Assembly (NCBI GenBank): GCA_039621445.1 | Contig: CP154954.1 | Coordinates: forward strand, 41,285,572 to 41,349,571 | Source: Euglena gracilis | Lineage: Eukaryota | DNA: 64,000 nucleotides | Direction: 5' to 3' | Shown here: positions 36,601 to 49,984 of the stretch, piece by piece | Layout of the letters: each line of letters starts with the position of its first letter | How positions within the stretch are numbered: the first letter of the stretch is position 1 | Notes under the pieces: model-generated | Told to the model about the DNA's origin: nothing | Seen by the model: only the letters and a program-made list of their open reading frames with translations | The model's database searches: none | Made by a program: the position numbers and the translations under genes

Positions 36601-39600
36601 AAATCACCCCCGCCCCCAACCAACCGACCAATTTATACCAAAAAAATTGCCAAAAATTTTGCTATTTGGGGGTGTTGACCATCAACCGTTCTGGTGATAA
36701 CGGGGTTTTGGGGGGTGGGGAACCCAGCTGGCCTGGTCCCGGGGGCTGGGCGCACTCTTTGGCACCCCCCATTTTTTGGCATTGAGGCAATCTGGCCCCG
36801 AAAATCACCCCCCCCCAACCAACCAACCAACCAATTTATACCAAAAAATTGCCAAAAATTTTGCTATTTGGGGGTGTTGACCATCAAGCGTTCTGGTGAT
36901 AACGGGGTTTTGGGGGGTGGGGAACCCAGCTGGCCTGGTCCCGGGGGCTGGACGCACTCTTTGGCCCCGCCCATTTTTTTGGCATTGAGGCATTCCGGTC
37001 GCGAAAATCACCCCCCCAACCAACCAACCAACCAATTTATACCAAAAAAATTGCCAAAAATTTTGCTATTTGGGGGTGTTGACCATCAAGCGTTCTGGTG
37101 ATAACGGGGTTTTGGGGGGTGGGGAACCCAGCTGGCCTGGTCCCGGGGGCTGGACGCACTCTTTGGCACCCCCCATTTTTTGGCATTGAGGCAATCTGGC
37201 CCCGAAAATCACCCCCGCCCCCAACCAACCGACCAATTTATACCCAAAAATTGCCAAAAATTTTGCTATTTGGGGGTGTTGACCATCAAGCGTTCTGGTG
37301 ATAACGGGGCTTTGGGGGGTGGGGAACCCAGCTGGCCTGGTCCCGGGGGCTGGACGCACTCTTTGGCACCCCCCATTTTTTGGCATTGAGGCAATCTGGC
37401 CCCGAAAATCACCCCCCCCCCAACCAACCGACCAATTTATACCAAAAAATTGCCAAAAATTTTGCTATTTGGGGGTGTTGACCATCAAGCGTTCTGGTGA
37501 TAACGGGGTTTTGGGGGGTGGGGAACCCAGCTGGCCTGGTCCCGGGGGCTGGACGCACTCTTTGGCACCGCCCATTTTTTGGCATTGAGGCAATCTGGCC
37601 CCGAAAATCACCCCCCCCCAACCAACCAACCAACCAATTTATACCAAAAAAATTGCGCAAAATTTTGCTATTTGGGGGTGTTGACCATCAAGCGTTCTGG
37701 TGATAACGGGGTTTTGGGGGGTGGGGAACCCAGCTGGCCTGGTCCCGGGGGCTGGACGCACTCTTTGGCACCCCCCATTTTTTGGCATTGAGGCAATCTG
37801 GCCCCGAAAATCACCCCCCCAACCAACCAACCAACCAATTTATACCAAAAAATTGCCAAAAATTTTGCTATTTGGGGGTGTTGACCATCAAGCGTTCTGG
37901 TGATAACGGGGTTTTGGGGGGTGGGGAACCCAGCTGGCCTGGTCCCGGGGGCTGGACGCACTCTTTGGCACCCCCCATTTTTTGGCATTGAGGCAATCTG
38001 GCCCCGAAAATCACCCCCCCCAACCAACCAACCAACCAATTTATACCAAAAAAATTGCCAAAAATTTTGCTATTTGGGGGTGTTGACCATCAAGCGTTCT
38101 GGTGATAACGGGGTTTTGGGGGGTGGGGAACCCAGCTGGCCTGGTCCCGGGGGCTGGACGCACTCTTTGGCACCCCCCATTTTTTGGCATTGAGGCAATC
38201 TGGCCCCGAAAATCACCCCCGCCCCCAACCAACCGACCAATTTATACCAAAAAAATTGCCAAAAATTTTGCTATTTGGGGGTGTTGACCATCAAGCGTTC
38301 TGGTGATAACGGGGTTTTGGGGGGTGGGGAACCCAGCTGGCCTGGTCCCGGGGGCTGGACGCACTCTTTGGCTCCCCCATTTTTTGGCATTGAGGCAATC
38401 TGGCCCCGAAAATCACCCCCGCCCCCAACCAACCGACCAATTTATACCAAAAAATTGCCAAAAATTTTGCTATTTGGGGGTGTTGACCATCAAGCGTTCT
38501 GGTGATAACGGGGTTTTGGGGGGTGGGGAACCCAGCTGGCCTGGTCCCGGGGGCTGGACGCACTCTTTGGCACCCCCCATTTTTTGGCATTGAGGCAATC
38601 TGGCCCCGAAAATCACCCCCGCCCCCAACCAACCGACCAATTTATACCAAAAAATTGCCAAAAATTTTGCTATTTGGGGGTGTTGACCATCAAGCGTTCT
38701 GGTGATAACGGGGTTTTGGGGGGTGGGGAACCCAGCTGGCCTGGTCCCGGGGGCTGGACGCACTCTTTGGCACCCCCCATTTTTTGGCATTGAGGCAATC
38801 TGGCCCCGAAAATCACCCCCCCCCCCAACCAACCGACCAATTTATACCAAAAAAATTGCCAAAAATTTTGCTATTTGGGGGTGTTGACCATCAAGCGTTC
38901 TGGTGATAACGGGGTTTTGGGGGGTGGGGAACCCAGCTGGCCTGGTCCCGGGGGCTGGACGCACTCTTTGGCACCCCCCATTTTTTGGCATTGAGGCAAT
39001 CTGGCCCCGAAAATCACCCCCCGCCCCCAACCAACCGACCAATTTATACCAAAAAATTGCCAAAAATTTTGCTATTTGGGGGTGTTGACCATCAGCCGTT
39101 CTGGTGATAACGGGGTTTTGGGGGGTGGGGAACCCAGCTGGCCTGGTCCCGGGGGCTGGACGCACTCTTTGGCACCCCCCATTTTTTGGCATTGAGGCAA
39201 TCTGGCCCCGAAAATCACCCCCCCCCCCAACCAACCAACCAATTTATACCAAAAAAATTGCCAAAAATTTTGCTATTTGGGGGTGTTGACCATCAAGCGT
39301 TCTGGTGATAACGGGGTTTTGGGGGGTGGGGAACCCAGCTGGCCTGGTCCCGGGGGCTGGACGCACTCTTTGGCACCCCCCATTTTTTGGCATTGAGGCA
39401 ATCTGGCCCCGAAAATCACCCCCCCCCCCAACCAACCAACCGACCAATTTATACCAAAAAAATTGCCAAAAATTTTGCTATTTGGGGGTGTTGACCATCA
39501 AGCGTTCTGGTGATAACGGGGTTTTGGGGGGTGGGGAACCCAGCTGGCCTGGTCCCGGGGGCTGGACGCACTCTTTGGCACCCCCCATTTTTTGGCATTG

Positions 39601-42600
39601 AGGCAATCTGGCCCCGAAAATCACCCCCCCCCCAACCAACCAACCAACCAATTTATACCAAAAAAATTGCCCAAAATTTTGCTATTTGGGGGTGTTGACC
39701 ATCAAGCGTTCTGGTGATAACGGGGTTTTGGGCCTGGTCCCGGGGGCTGGACGCACTCTTTGGCACCCCCCATTTTTTGGCATTGAGGCAATCTGGCCCC
39801 GAAAATCACCCCCCCCCCAACCAACCGACCAATTTATACCAAAAAATTGCCAAAAATTTTGCTATTTGGGGGTGTTGACCATCAAGCGTTCTGGTGATAA
39901 CGGGGTTTTGGGGGGTGGGGAACCCAGCTGGCCTGGTCCCGGGGGCTGGACGCACTCTTTGGCACCCCCCCATTTTTTGGCATTGAGGCAATCTGGCCCC
40001 GAAAATCACCCCCCCCCCCCAACCAACCAACCAACCAATTTATACCAAAAAATTGCCAAAAATTTTGCTATTTGGGGGTGTTGACCATCAAGCGTTCTGG
40101 TGATAACGGGGTTTTGGGGGGTGGGGAACCCAGCTGGCCTGGTCCCGGGGGCTGGACGCACTCTTTGGCACCCCTCATTTTTTGGCATTGAGGCAATCTG
40201 GCCCCGAAAATCACCCCCCCCCCAACCAACCAACCAACCAATTTATACCCAAAAATTGCCAAAATTTTGCCATTTGGGGGTGTTGACCATCAAGCGTTCT
40301 GGTGATAACGGGGTTTTGGGGGGTGGGGAACCCAGCTGGCCTGGTCCCGGGGGCTGGACGCACTCTTTGGCACCCCCGTTTTTTGGCATTGAGGCAATCT
40401 GGCCCCGAAAATCACCCCCCCACCAACCCAACCAACCAATTTATACCAAAAAATTGCCAAAAATTTTGCTATTTGGGGGTGTTGACCATCAAGCGTTCTG
40501 GTGATAACGGGGTTTTGGGGGGTGGGGAACCCAGCTGGCCTGGTCCCGGGGGCTGGACGCACTCTTTGGCACCCCCCCATTTTTTGGCATTGAGGCAATC
40601 TGGCCCCGAAAATCACCCCCCCCCCCCAACCAACCAACCAATTTATACCAAAAAAATTGCCAAAAATTTTGCTATTTGGGGGTGTTGACCATCAAGCGTT
40701 CTGGTGATAACGGGGTTTTGGGGGGTGGGGAACCCAGCTGGCCTGGTCCCGGGGGCTGGACGCACTCTTTGGCACCGCCCATTTTTTGGCATTGAGGCAA
40801 TCTGGCCCCGAAAATCACCCCCCCCCCAACCAACCAACCAATTTATACATAAAAATTGCCAATAACTTTGCTATTTGGGGTGTTAACCATCAAGCGTTCT
40901 GGTGATAACGGGGTTTTGGGGGGTGGGGAACCCAGCTGGCCTGGTCCCGGGGGCTGGACGCACTCTTTGGCACCCCCCATTTTTTGGCATTGAGGCAATC
41001 TGGCCCCGAAAATCACCCCCCCCCCCCAACCAACCAACCAACCAATTTATACCAAAAAATTGCCAAAAATTTTGCTATTTGGGGGTGTTGACCATCAAGC
41101 GTTCTGGTGATAACGGGGTTTTGGGGGTGGGGAACCCAGCTGGCCTGGTCCCGGGGGCTGGACGCACTCTTTGGCACCGCCCATTTTTTGGCATTGAGGC
41201 AATCTGGCCCCGAAAATCACCCCCCCCCCAACCAACCAACCAACCAATTTATACCCAAAAAAATTGCCAGAAATTTTGCTATTTGGGGGTGTTGACCATC
41301 AAGCGTTCTGGTGATAACGGGGTTTTGGGGGGTGGGGAACCCAGCTGGCCTGGTCCCGGGGGCTGGACGCACTCTTTGGCACCCCCCATTTTTTGGCATT
41401 GAGGCAATCTGGCCCCGAAAATCACCCCCCCCCCCAACCAACCAACCGACCAATTTATACCAAAAAAATTGCCAAAAATTTTGCTATTTGGGGGTGTTGA
41501 CCATCAAGCGTTCTGGTGATAACGGGGTTTTGGGGGGTGGGGAACCCAGCTGGCCTGGTCCCGGGGGCTGGACGCACTCTTTGGCACCCCCCATTTTTTG
41601 GCATTGAGGCAATCTGGCCCCGAAAATCACCCCCCCCCCAACCAACCAACCGACCAATTTATACCAAAAAAATTGCCAAAATTTTGCTATTTGGGGGTGT
41701 TGACCATCAAGCGTTCTGGTGATAACGGGGTTTTGGGGGGTGGGGAACCCAGCTGGCCTGGTCCCGGGGGCTGGACGCACTCTTTGGCACCCCCCATTTT
41801 TTGGCATTGAGGCAATCTGGCCCCGAAAATCACCCCCCCCCCCAACCAACCAACCAACCAATTTATACCAAAAAAATTGCCAAAAATTTTGCTATTTGGG
41901 GGTGTTGACCATCAAGCGTTCTGGTGATAACGGGGTTTTGGGGGGTGGGGAACCCAGCTGGCCTGGTCCCGGGGGCTGGACGCACTCTTTGGCACCGCCC
42001 ATTTTTGGCATTGAGGCAATCTGGCCCCGAAAATCACCCCCCCCCCAACCAACCAACCAACCAATTTATACCCAAAAATTGCCAAAAATTTTGCCATTTG
42101 GGGGTGTTGACCATCAGCCGTTCTGGTGATAATGGGGTTTTGGGGGGTGGGGAACCCAGCTGGCCTGGTCCCGGGGGCTGGACGCACTCTTTGGCACCGC
42201 CCATTTTTTTGGCATTGAGGCAATCTGGCCCCGAAAATCACCCCCCCCAACCAACCAACCAACCAATTTATACCAAAAAAATTGCCCAAAATTTTGCTAT
42301 TTGGGGGTGTTGACCATCAAGCGTTCTGGTGATAACGGGGTTTTGGGGGGTGGGGAACCCAGCTGGCCTGGTCCCGGGGGCTGGACGCACTCTTTGGCAC
42401 CCCCCATTTTTTTGGCATTGAGGCAATCTGGCCCCGAAAATCACCCCCCCCCCCAACCAACCAACCAACCAATTTATACCAAAAAATTGCCAAAAATTTT
42501 GCTATTTGGGGGTGTTGACCATCAAGCGTTCTGGTGATAACGGGGTTTTGGGGGGTGGGGAACCCAGCTGGCCTGGTCCCGGGGGCTGGACGCACTCTTT

Positions 42601-43730
42601 GGCACCGCCCATTTTTGGCATTGAGGCAATCTGGCCCCGAAAATCACCCCCCCCCCCCCAACCAACCAACCAACCAATTTATACCAAAAAAATTGCCCAA
42701 AATTTTGCTATTTGGGGGTGTTGACCATCAAGCGTTCTGGTGATAACGGGGTTTTGGGGGGTGGGGAACCCAGCTGGCCTGGTCCCGGGGGCTGGACGCA
42801 CTCTTTGGCACCCCCCCATTTTTGGCATTGAGGCAATCTGGCCCCGAAAATCACCCCCGCCCCCAACCGACCAATTTATACCAAAAAAAAGCCAAAATTT
42901 TGCTATTTGGGGGATGCTGACCATCAGCAATTCTGGTGATAACGGGGGTTTGGGGGGTGGGGAACCCAGCTGGCCTGGTCCCGGGGGCTGGACGCACTCT
43001 TTGGCACCGCCCATTTTTTGGCATTGAGGCAATCTGGCCCCGAAAATCACCCCCCCCCCCAACCAACCGACCAATTTATACCCAAAAATTGACAAAAAAT
43101 TGCCATTTGGGGGTGTTGACCATCAAGCGTTCTGGTGATAACGGGGTTTGGGTAGGGATGTAACCCAGCTGGCCTGGTCCCGGGGGCTGGGCGCACTCTT
43201 TGGCTCCCCTCATTTTTTGGCATTGAGGCCATCTGGCCCCAAAAACCACCCCCTCCCTCGAATCAACCAACCGACCAATTAACACCAAAAACTGCCAAAA
43301 TTTTGCTTTTTGGGGGTGTTGACCATCAGCCGTTCTGGTGATAACGGGGTTTTGGGGGGGTGGGGAACCCAGCTGGCCTGGTCCCGGGGGCTGGGCGCAC
43401 TCTTTGGCTCCCCTCATTTTTTGGCATTGAGGCCATCTGGCCCCAAAAATCACCCCCCCCCCCCGAATCAACCAACCGACCAATTAACACCAAAAACTGC
43501 CAGAATTTTGCTATTTGGGGGTGTTGACCATCAGCCGTTCTGGTGATAACGGGGGTTTGGGGGGTGGGGAACCCAGCTGGCCTGGTCCCGGGGGCTGGGC
43601 GCACTCTTTGGCTCCCCCCATTTTTTGGCATTGAGGTAATCTGGCCCCGAAAATCACCCCCCCCCCCCAACCAACCGACCAATTTATACCAAAAAAAAAC
43701 TACCAAAATTTTGCTATTTGGGGGCATTGA
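24621..43730 (+). repeat. ~200-bp satellite array, roughly 90-95 monomers
   Basis: Monomer ttgctatttgggggtgttgaccatcaa(g/c)cgttctggtgataacggggttttgg...cccagctggcctggtcccggggg...ggcattgaggcaatctggccccgaaaatc...caaccgaccaatttataccaaaa at 197-206-bp spacing; a further short block at 44561-44937. Confidence 0.98.
30861..31299. mobile_element. Fold-back MITE inserted in the satellite; Merlin-like termini
   Basis: ~105-bp TIRs beginning ggtacttatctgttatcgtacgacggaccc; TSD cccagctg (8 bp, 9 bp also possible); interior of 18-bp gcgctacatggccacgtt repeats in both orientations. Confidence 0.9.
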
Positions 43731-44161
43731 CAGGGGGGATCCCCCCACCCACCCGCCCCCTGGGGCCCCCCCCGGGGGGGGTCCCAGGGGACCCACAAAA
43801 AAATGGCCAAAAATCGCGAAAAATGCTAAAAAAAGCAACTTTCCCGCACCAAAAAGTATATCCCACCCCCCTCCGGGAGGACCCCCCCAGGGTGGGATAT
43901 ATTTTTTTGGTTTGGTTTTAGGGTATATGTGTATGTGCATGTTTATGTGTGTATATGTATGGGTATATATGGGTTTTGGGAGGTGGCTGCCCAGCTGGCC
44001 TGGTCGCACTTTTTGGCAACCCCCATTTTTTGGCATTGAGGCAATCCGGCCTCCACCCCGAGCAATTAATACCTCAAAATTTCCAAAATTTTGGTGATAC
44101 ATGGGGTCAAAAAAACACGTCAGAAACAGAATTGGCTGGTTGTTTTCAAACCTTGCTGACT

Positions 44162-44399
44162 CAAAAAGCACTCAATATTGTCATCCTCAACTTCGTGAGA
44201 GACATCACCTTCATAACAATTGTCGTCCAAATCTTCGTTGTCGTCTTCCAAGTATTCAATGGCTTCAATATCAGGTTCCATCATCCAAAGAATGGTGATT
44301 GCTCAATCTCAAGAAATCATCATTTCTTGCAATGAATCTGCAGAAGGTGCGGAAGGTGCGTCACATGCATAGGGCATGGTTTGGGTCACAGGGAACACC
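44162..44399 (-). pseudogene. Decayed coding-like segment with an acidic tail, copy 1 of 3 (others 45708-45942, 46487-46722); product unknown
   Basis: Minus strand reads MMEPDIEAIEYLEDDNEDLDDNCYEGDVSHEVEDDNIECF; upstream frames contain stops. Confidence 0.35.
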
Positions 44400-45214
44400 C
44401 GCAGACCCACCCCAGTGGTCCCCAAATTGCAAATTACAATGCAACACATGGCTAAAACAGTCAAATCAGGACCTCTATGACCTATTTCGACCATTTTGGG
44501 ACATTTTTAACAATGCTTTTTGTGATGACAGAACCGGCGTCAGCGACGCCAGGTTACGGACATTGAGGCAATCTGGCCCCAAAAATCACCCCCCCCCCCA
44601 ACCAACCGACCAATTTATACCCAAAAAATTGCCAAAATTTTGCTATTTGGGGGTGTTGACCATCAGCCGTTCTGGTGATAACGGGGTTTTGGGGGGTGGG
44701 GAACCCAGCTGGCAAATTTTGCTATTTGGGGGTGTTGACCATCAGCCGTTCTGGTGATAACGGGGTTTTGGGGGTGGGGAACCCAGCTGGCCTGGTCCCG
44801 GGGGCTGGGCGCACTCTTTGGCTCCCCCCATTTTTTGGCATTGGGGCCATCTGGCCCCAAAAATCCCCCCCCCCCCGAATCAACCAACCAATTTATACCA
44901 AAAAAACTACCAAAATTTTGCTATTTGGGGGCATTGACAGGGGATTTTTTTTAAGGGGGGAGGGGGGATCCCCCCACCCACCCACGCCCTGGGGGGCCCC
45001 CCCGGGGGGGTCCCAGGGGACCCAAAAAAAATGGCCAAAAATCGCGAAAAATGCTAAAAATAGCAATTTTTCCGCACCAAAAAGTATATCCCACCCCCCT
45101 CCGGGAGGACCCCTCCAGGAGGACCCCCCCCAGGGTGGGATATATTTTTTTTGGATTGGGTTTAGGGTATATGCGTATGTGTATGTTTATGTGTGTATAT
45201 GTATGGGTATATAT

Positions 45215-45484
45215 CAGGGGTTTTTTTTAAGACCGGGGGGGTCCCCCCCCCACCCACCCACCCCCTGGGGCCCCCCCCGGGGGGGAGGAGGGTCCGGGGG
45301 ACCCACAAAAAATGGCCGAAAAATCGCGAAAAGTGCTAAAAATAGAATTTTTCGGCGCCTGCGGCGCCGAAAAGTATATCCCACCCCCCTCCGGGGGGAT
45401 CCCCCGGGGGGGGGGGGAGGGGGTCCGGCGGAGCCCCCCCCCCCCACCCCCCCCCCCGCGGGGGCAAACTTAAAAAAATCCCTG
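45215..45484. mobile_element. hAT-like MITE (CAG...CTG, 8-bp TSD)
   Basis: TIR caggggttttttttaag / cttaaaaaaatccctg; perfect TSD gtatatat; empty site gggtatatatggg at 43961-43973. Confidence 0.92.
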
Positions 45485-46105
45485 GTATATATGGGTTTTG
45501 GGAGGTGGCTGCCCAGCTGGCCTGGTGCTGGTCGCACGTTTTGGCACCCCCCATTTTTTGGTTTTGAGGCAATCCGGCCCCCACCCCGAGCAATTAACAC
45601 CTCAAAATTTCCAAAATTTTGCTGCTTTGGTGATACATGGGGTCAAAAAACACGTCAGAAACAGAATTGGCTGGCTGCTTTCAAATTTCGACAAACCTTG
45701 CTGACTCAAAAAGCACTCAATATTGTCATCCTCAACTTCGTGAGAGACATCACCTTCATAAATTGTCGTCCAAATCTTCGTTGTCGTCTTCCAAGTATTC
45801 AATGGTTTCAACATCAGGTTCCATCATCCAAAGAATGGTGATTGCTCAATCTCAAGAAATCATCATTTCTTGCAATGAATCTGCAGAAGGTGCGGAAGGT
45901 GCGTCACATGCATAGGGCATGGTTTGGGTCACAGGGAGCACCCGCAGACCCAACCCGAGTGGTCCCCAAATTGCAAATTACAATGCAACACATGGCTAAA
46001 ACAGTCAAATCAGGACCTCTATGACCTATTTCGGCCATTTTGGGACATTTTTAACAATGCTTTTTGTGATGACAGAACCGGCGTCAGCGACGCCAGGTTA
46101 CGGAT

Positions 46106-46406
46106 CAGGCTGTTTTTTACCAACCCGGGGGGGGGGGGGGGGGGCCTGTGAGTGCCTGCCCAGGCAGGCACTACCCCCCCCCCCCGGGGGGGTCGGATTT
46201 CGGCCTGACCCGGGCACATTCGTTTGAAAATAGGCCATTTTTGGCTCCCCGGCGCCTTCGGCGTCGGGGTTGTGCTAGGGCACTTTTGGCGGTGTGCCCT
46301 ACCCCCCCCCCGGGGGGGGGTCGGATTTGGAGTGCCTTGGGGTGCCTACCCAGGCAGGCACCCCCCCCCCCGGGGTGGGGTCGGCACCCGACTAAAATAC
46401 AGCCTG
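46106..46406. mobile_element. hAT-like MITE (CAG...CTG, 8-bp TSD)
   Basis: TIR caggctgtttttta / taaaatacagcctg; TSD ttacggat / ttacggac; uninterrupted ggttacggaca at ~44552; related right end at 5219-5319. Confidence 0.85.
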
Positions 46407-47829
46407 TTACGGACAGAACCGGCGTCCGAAAACCAGTGGGGGGGGACGCCGGTTCTGTCGTGAACCCGGCGGACCAAACGCCGGTTTAAAAGCACTCAAT
46501 ATTGTCATTCTTGACCTCGTGAGAGACATCACCTTCATAACAATCATCATCCAAATCTTCGGCATTGTCTTTGTCCAAGTATTCAATTGTTTCAACATCA
46601 GGTTCCATCCAAAGAATGGTAATTGCTCAATCTCAATAAATGATCATTTCTTGCAATGAATCTGGAGAAGGTGCGGAAGGTGCGTCACATGCATAGGGCA
46701 TGGTTTGGGTCACAGGGAACACCACATTTTCGGTTGCAAAGTTTGCCGAACCCAAGATACGGGAAAAATTTTGGACCTGAAGGCAGAGGGGGGAGGAGTC
46801 CTACGGAAAATACAGCATGGGGCGGTCCACTTCCACCAGTCCCCTCCACCCGTGCAAAAGACCCAAAATCAAATAACTTTCCATCGTCTTCCACAGGTCT
46901 GGTGGGGGTGGTTCACCCCACCCGAGGTCAACCCGGCCGGGGTAATAAATGAGAGGTGGCTCGGACACCCCCCCACCCCTGGAGGGGGGTTGGGTCGAAT
47001 TTGCAAAAAAAAAGTTCTGGCGCTTTGCGCAGGAAATGTGTTCTGGGCCTGGCAAAACCCAAAAATCGCATCTTTGCGCGCTTTTTTGTGTTTTCTGGCG
47101 CGAGTTTTTGGGGGGTTTCCGGGGGTCCTGGACCCCGCCTCCCCACCCCCCCACAAAACCACCGTTCACCAAAGGAAAGTTTTGTCCTGAAAATCGGCAC
47201 CCTGGTAACACGGGAAGGTCTGCTGGGGGGGGGGGGTGGCCTGGGGTTGGAAGCATGCAAGGACTCCATCAACTTCCGGGGCAGCGCCACACCTTCAGGC
47301 CTTCAGGCGTCCGGGGGCAACGCCATGGGCACCGCAGCACGGCCGGCTCCTTCGCCCGCTCGCTGCGCTGCGCTGCAGGCCAGCGACGTCCCAGTGCGCG
47401 GCGGGCCCGAGGGGTCCGGGGCCCGCTTCTTCAGTGGCGCCGCTGCTGCCTGGTGATCCCCAATGGATGCCCCACGGAACCGGACACAAAAAAAAGCAAC
47501 AAAAAACGGAGAAAATGCTGTCCGAGAAACCTGCCTAACCTGCAGGGGGGGGGGGAATCGGTTGCTCCGAAAGCCACAAAAGCGGGAAACGCACAAACCA
47601 CCCCCCGATTGGTGGGTGCCACCAATTCTGGCCCAACACTGACCACCACCAAACATCAGCAAGGTTATCAGGATGGGTCAACTTCGCACAATGAAACTGC
47701 TGGCCAGGCACTTATAACCTGCCTTAAATCTCTACAGTGCCCGTTCAAAGGTGCCGAGGAGGGCATTTGCTTTGGTCGAGTGGCTGCTGCCCACCTGAGG
47801 CCATCTCTCAACACTAGCCTTCAGCTGCC

Positions 47830-49981
47830 AGTCATTTGCTTCCTTCGTTTGCAGCCATTTGCTTTGCTTTGGCCGCGCTGGCGACCGTTTGCTTGTTTCG
47901 ACCACGCCAACAGCCATTTGCTCGCTTCGACCACGCCGGCGGCCATTTGCTTGCTTTGACCCCGCCGGCGGCCATTTGCATGCTTCTGCCGCACCAGCGG
48001 TCATCTGTTCGGTTCAACCGCGCCAGAGGCCATTTGCCGCACCAGCGGTCATTTGCTTGCTTCTGCCGCACCAGCGGTCATTTGCTTGCTTCGCCTGCGC
48101 TGGCCATTTGCTTGGCTTCGACCGCGCCGGCCGCCATTTGTTTCGCCAACGGCCATTTGCTTGCTTCGGCCGCACCAGCGGACACTGACCATTTGCTTGC
48201 TTCGGCCGTGCTGTCGGCCATTTGCTCCCTTCGACCGCGCCGGTGGCCATTTGCTTGGCTTCGACTGCGCTGGCTGCCATTTGTTTGCTTCGACCGCGCC
48301 AATGGCCATTTGCTTGCTTCGGCTGCGACAGCGGCCATTTGCTTGGTTCGACCGTACCAGCGATCGTTTGCTTGCTTCTGCCGCACCAGCGGTCATTTGC
48401 TTGCTTCTGCCGCACCAGCGGCCATTTGCTTGCTTCGACCGTACCAGCGGCCATTTGCTTGCTTCTGCCACGCCTGCGGCCATTTGCTTGGTTCGACCGC
48501 ACCAGCAGCCATTTGCTTGCTTCTGCCGCACCAGCGGCCATTTGCTTGCTTCGACCGCACCAGCGGCCATTTGCTTGCTTCGACCGTACCAGCGGCCATT
48601 TGCTTGCTTCTGCCACGCCTGTGGCCATTTGCTTGGTTCGACCGTACCAGCGATCATTTGCTTGCTTCTGCCGCACCAGCGGCCATTTGCTTGCTTCGAC
48701 CGCACCAGCGGCCATTTGTTTGCTTCTGCCGCACCAGCGGCCATTTGCTTGCTTCTGCCACGCCTGCGGCCATTTGCTTGCTTCGGCTGCACCAGCAGCC
48801 ATTTGCTTGCTTCTGCCGCACCAGCGGTCATTTGCTTGCTTCGACCGCACCAGCGGCCATTTGCTTGCTTCTGCCGCGCCGGCTGCAATTTGCTTCGACC
48901 GTGCCATGTGTCTGCGCCGGCCATTTGCTTGCTTTGACCGCACAGCGGCCATTTGCTTGCTTCGGCCGCACCAGCGGCCATTTGCTTGCTTCGACCGCAC
49001 CAGCGGCCATTTGCTGGCTTTGACCGCACCAGCGGCCATTTGCTTGCTTCTGCCGCACCAGCGGTCATTTGCTTGCTTCTGCCGCGCCGGCTGCAATTTG
49101 TTTGCTTCGACCGCGCCATGTGTCTGCGCCGGCCATTTGCTTGCTTCGACCGCACCAGTGGCCATTTGCTTGCTTCTGCCGCACCAGCGGCCATTTGCTT
49201 GCTTCGACCGCACCAGCGGCCATTTGCTTGCTTCTGCCGCACCAGCGGCCATTTGCTTGCTTCGACCGCACCAGCGGCCATTTGCCGCACCAGCGGCCAT
49301 TTGCTTGCTTCGACCGCACCAGCGGCCATTTGCCGCACCAGCGGTCATTTGCTGGCTTCGACTGCACCAGTGGCCATTTGCTTGCTTCGACTGCACCAGC
49401 GGTCATTTGCTTGCTTCTGCCGCGCCGGCTGCAATTTGTTTGCTTCGACCGCGCCATGTGTCTGCGCCGGCCATTTGCTTGCTTCGACCGCACCAGCGGC
49501 CATTTGCTTGCTTCTGCCGCACCAGCGGCCATTTGCTTGCTTCTGCCGCACCAGCGGCCATTTGCTTGCTTCTGCCGCACCAGCGGCCATTTGCTTGCTT
49601 CGACCGCACCAGCGGCCATTTGCCGCACCAGCGGCCATTTGCTTGCTTCGGCCGCACCAGCGGTCATTTGCTGGCTTCGACCGCACCAGCGGTCATTTGC
49701 TTGCTTCTGCCAGACCAGCGGTCATTTGCTTGCTTCTGCCGCGCCGGCTGCCATTTGTTTGCTTCGACCGCGCCAACGGCCATTCGCTCGCTTCGACCAC
49801 GTCAGCGGCCGTTTGCTTGGTTCTACCGGACCAGCGGTCATTTGCTTGCTTCGGCCGCGCCATGCGTCTGCGTCGGCCATTTGCTTGCTTCGTCCGCGCC
49901 ATGCGTCTGCGTCGGCCATTTGCTTGCTTCGTCCGCGCCATGCGTCTGCGCCGGCTGCCATTTGCTTGCTTCGACCGCGCC
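47830..49981. repeat. 29-bp minisatellite (~70 units)
   Basis: Unit gccatttgcttgcttc(tg/ga)ccgcaccagcg; homogeneous in the centre, degenerate at the edges. Confidence 0.95.
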
Positions 49982-49984
49982 GGA

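Larger units (their letters stand above)
43500..46105 (+). repeat. Tandem duplication (~1.1-1.4 kb) at the satellite's right border
   Basis: 43500-44560 is collinear with ~44712-46105; the second copy carries an extra MITE. Confidence 0.85.

Noticed and set aside
24621-43730. Hundreds of 60-260 aa ORFs (MITGFWGVGNPAG..., MPKNGGCQRVRP...)
   Set aside because: Translations of the satellite; homopolymer indels shift frames freely
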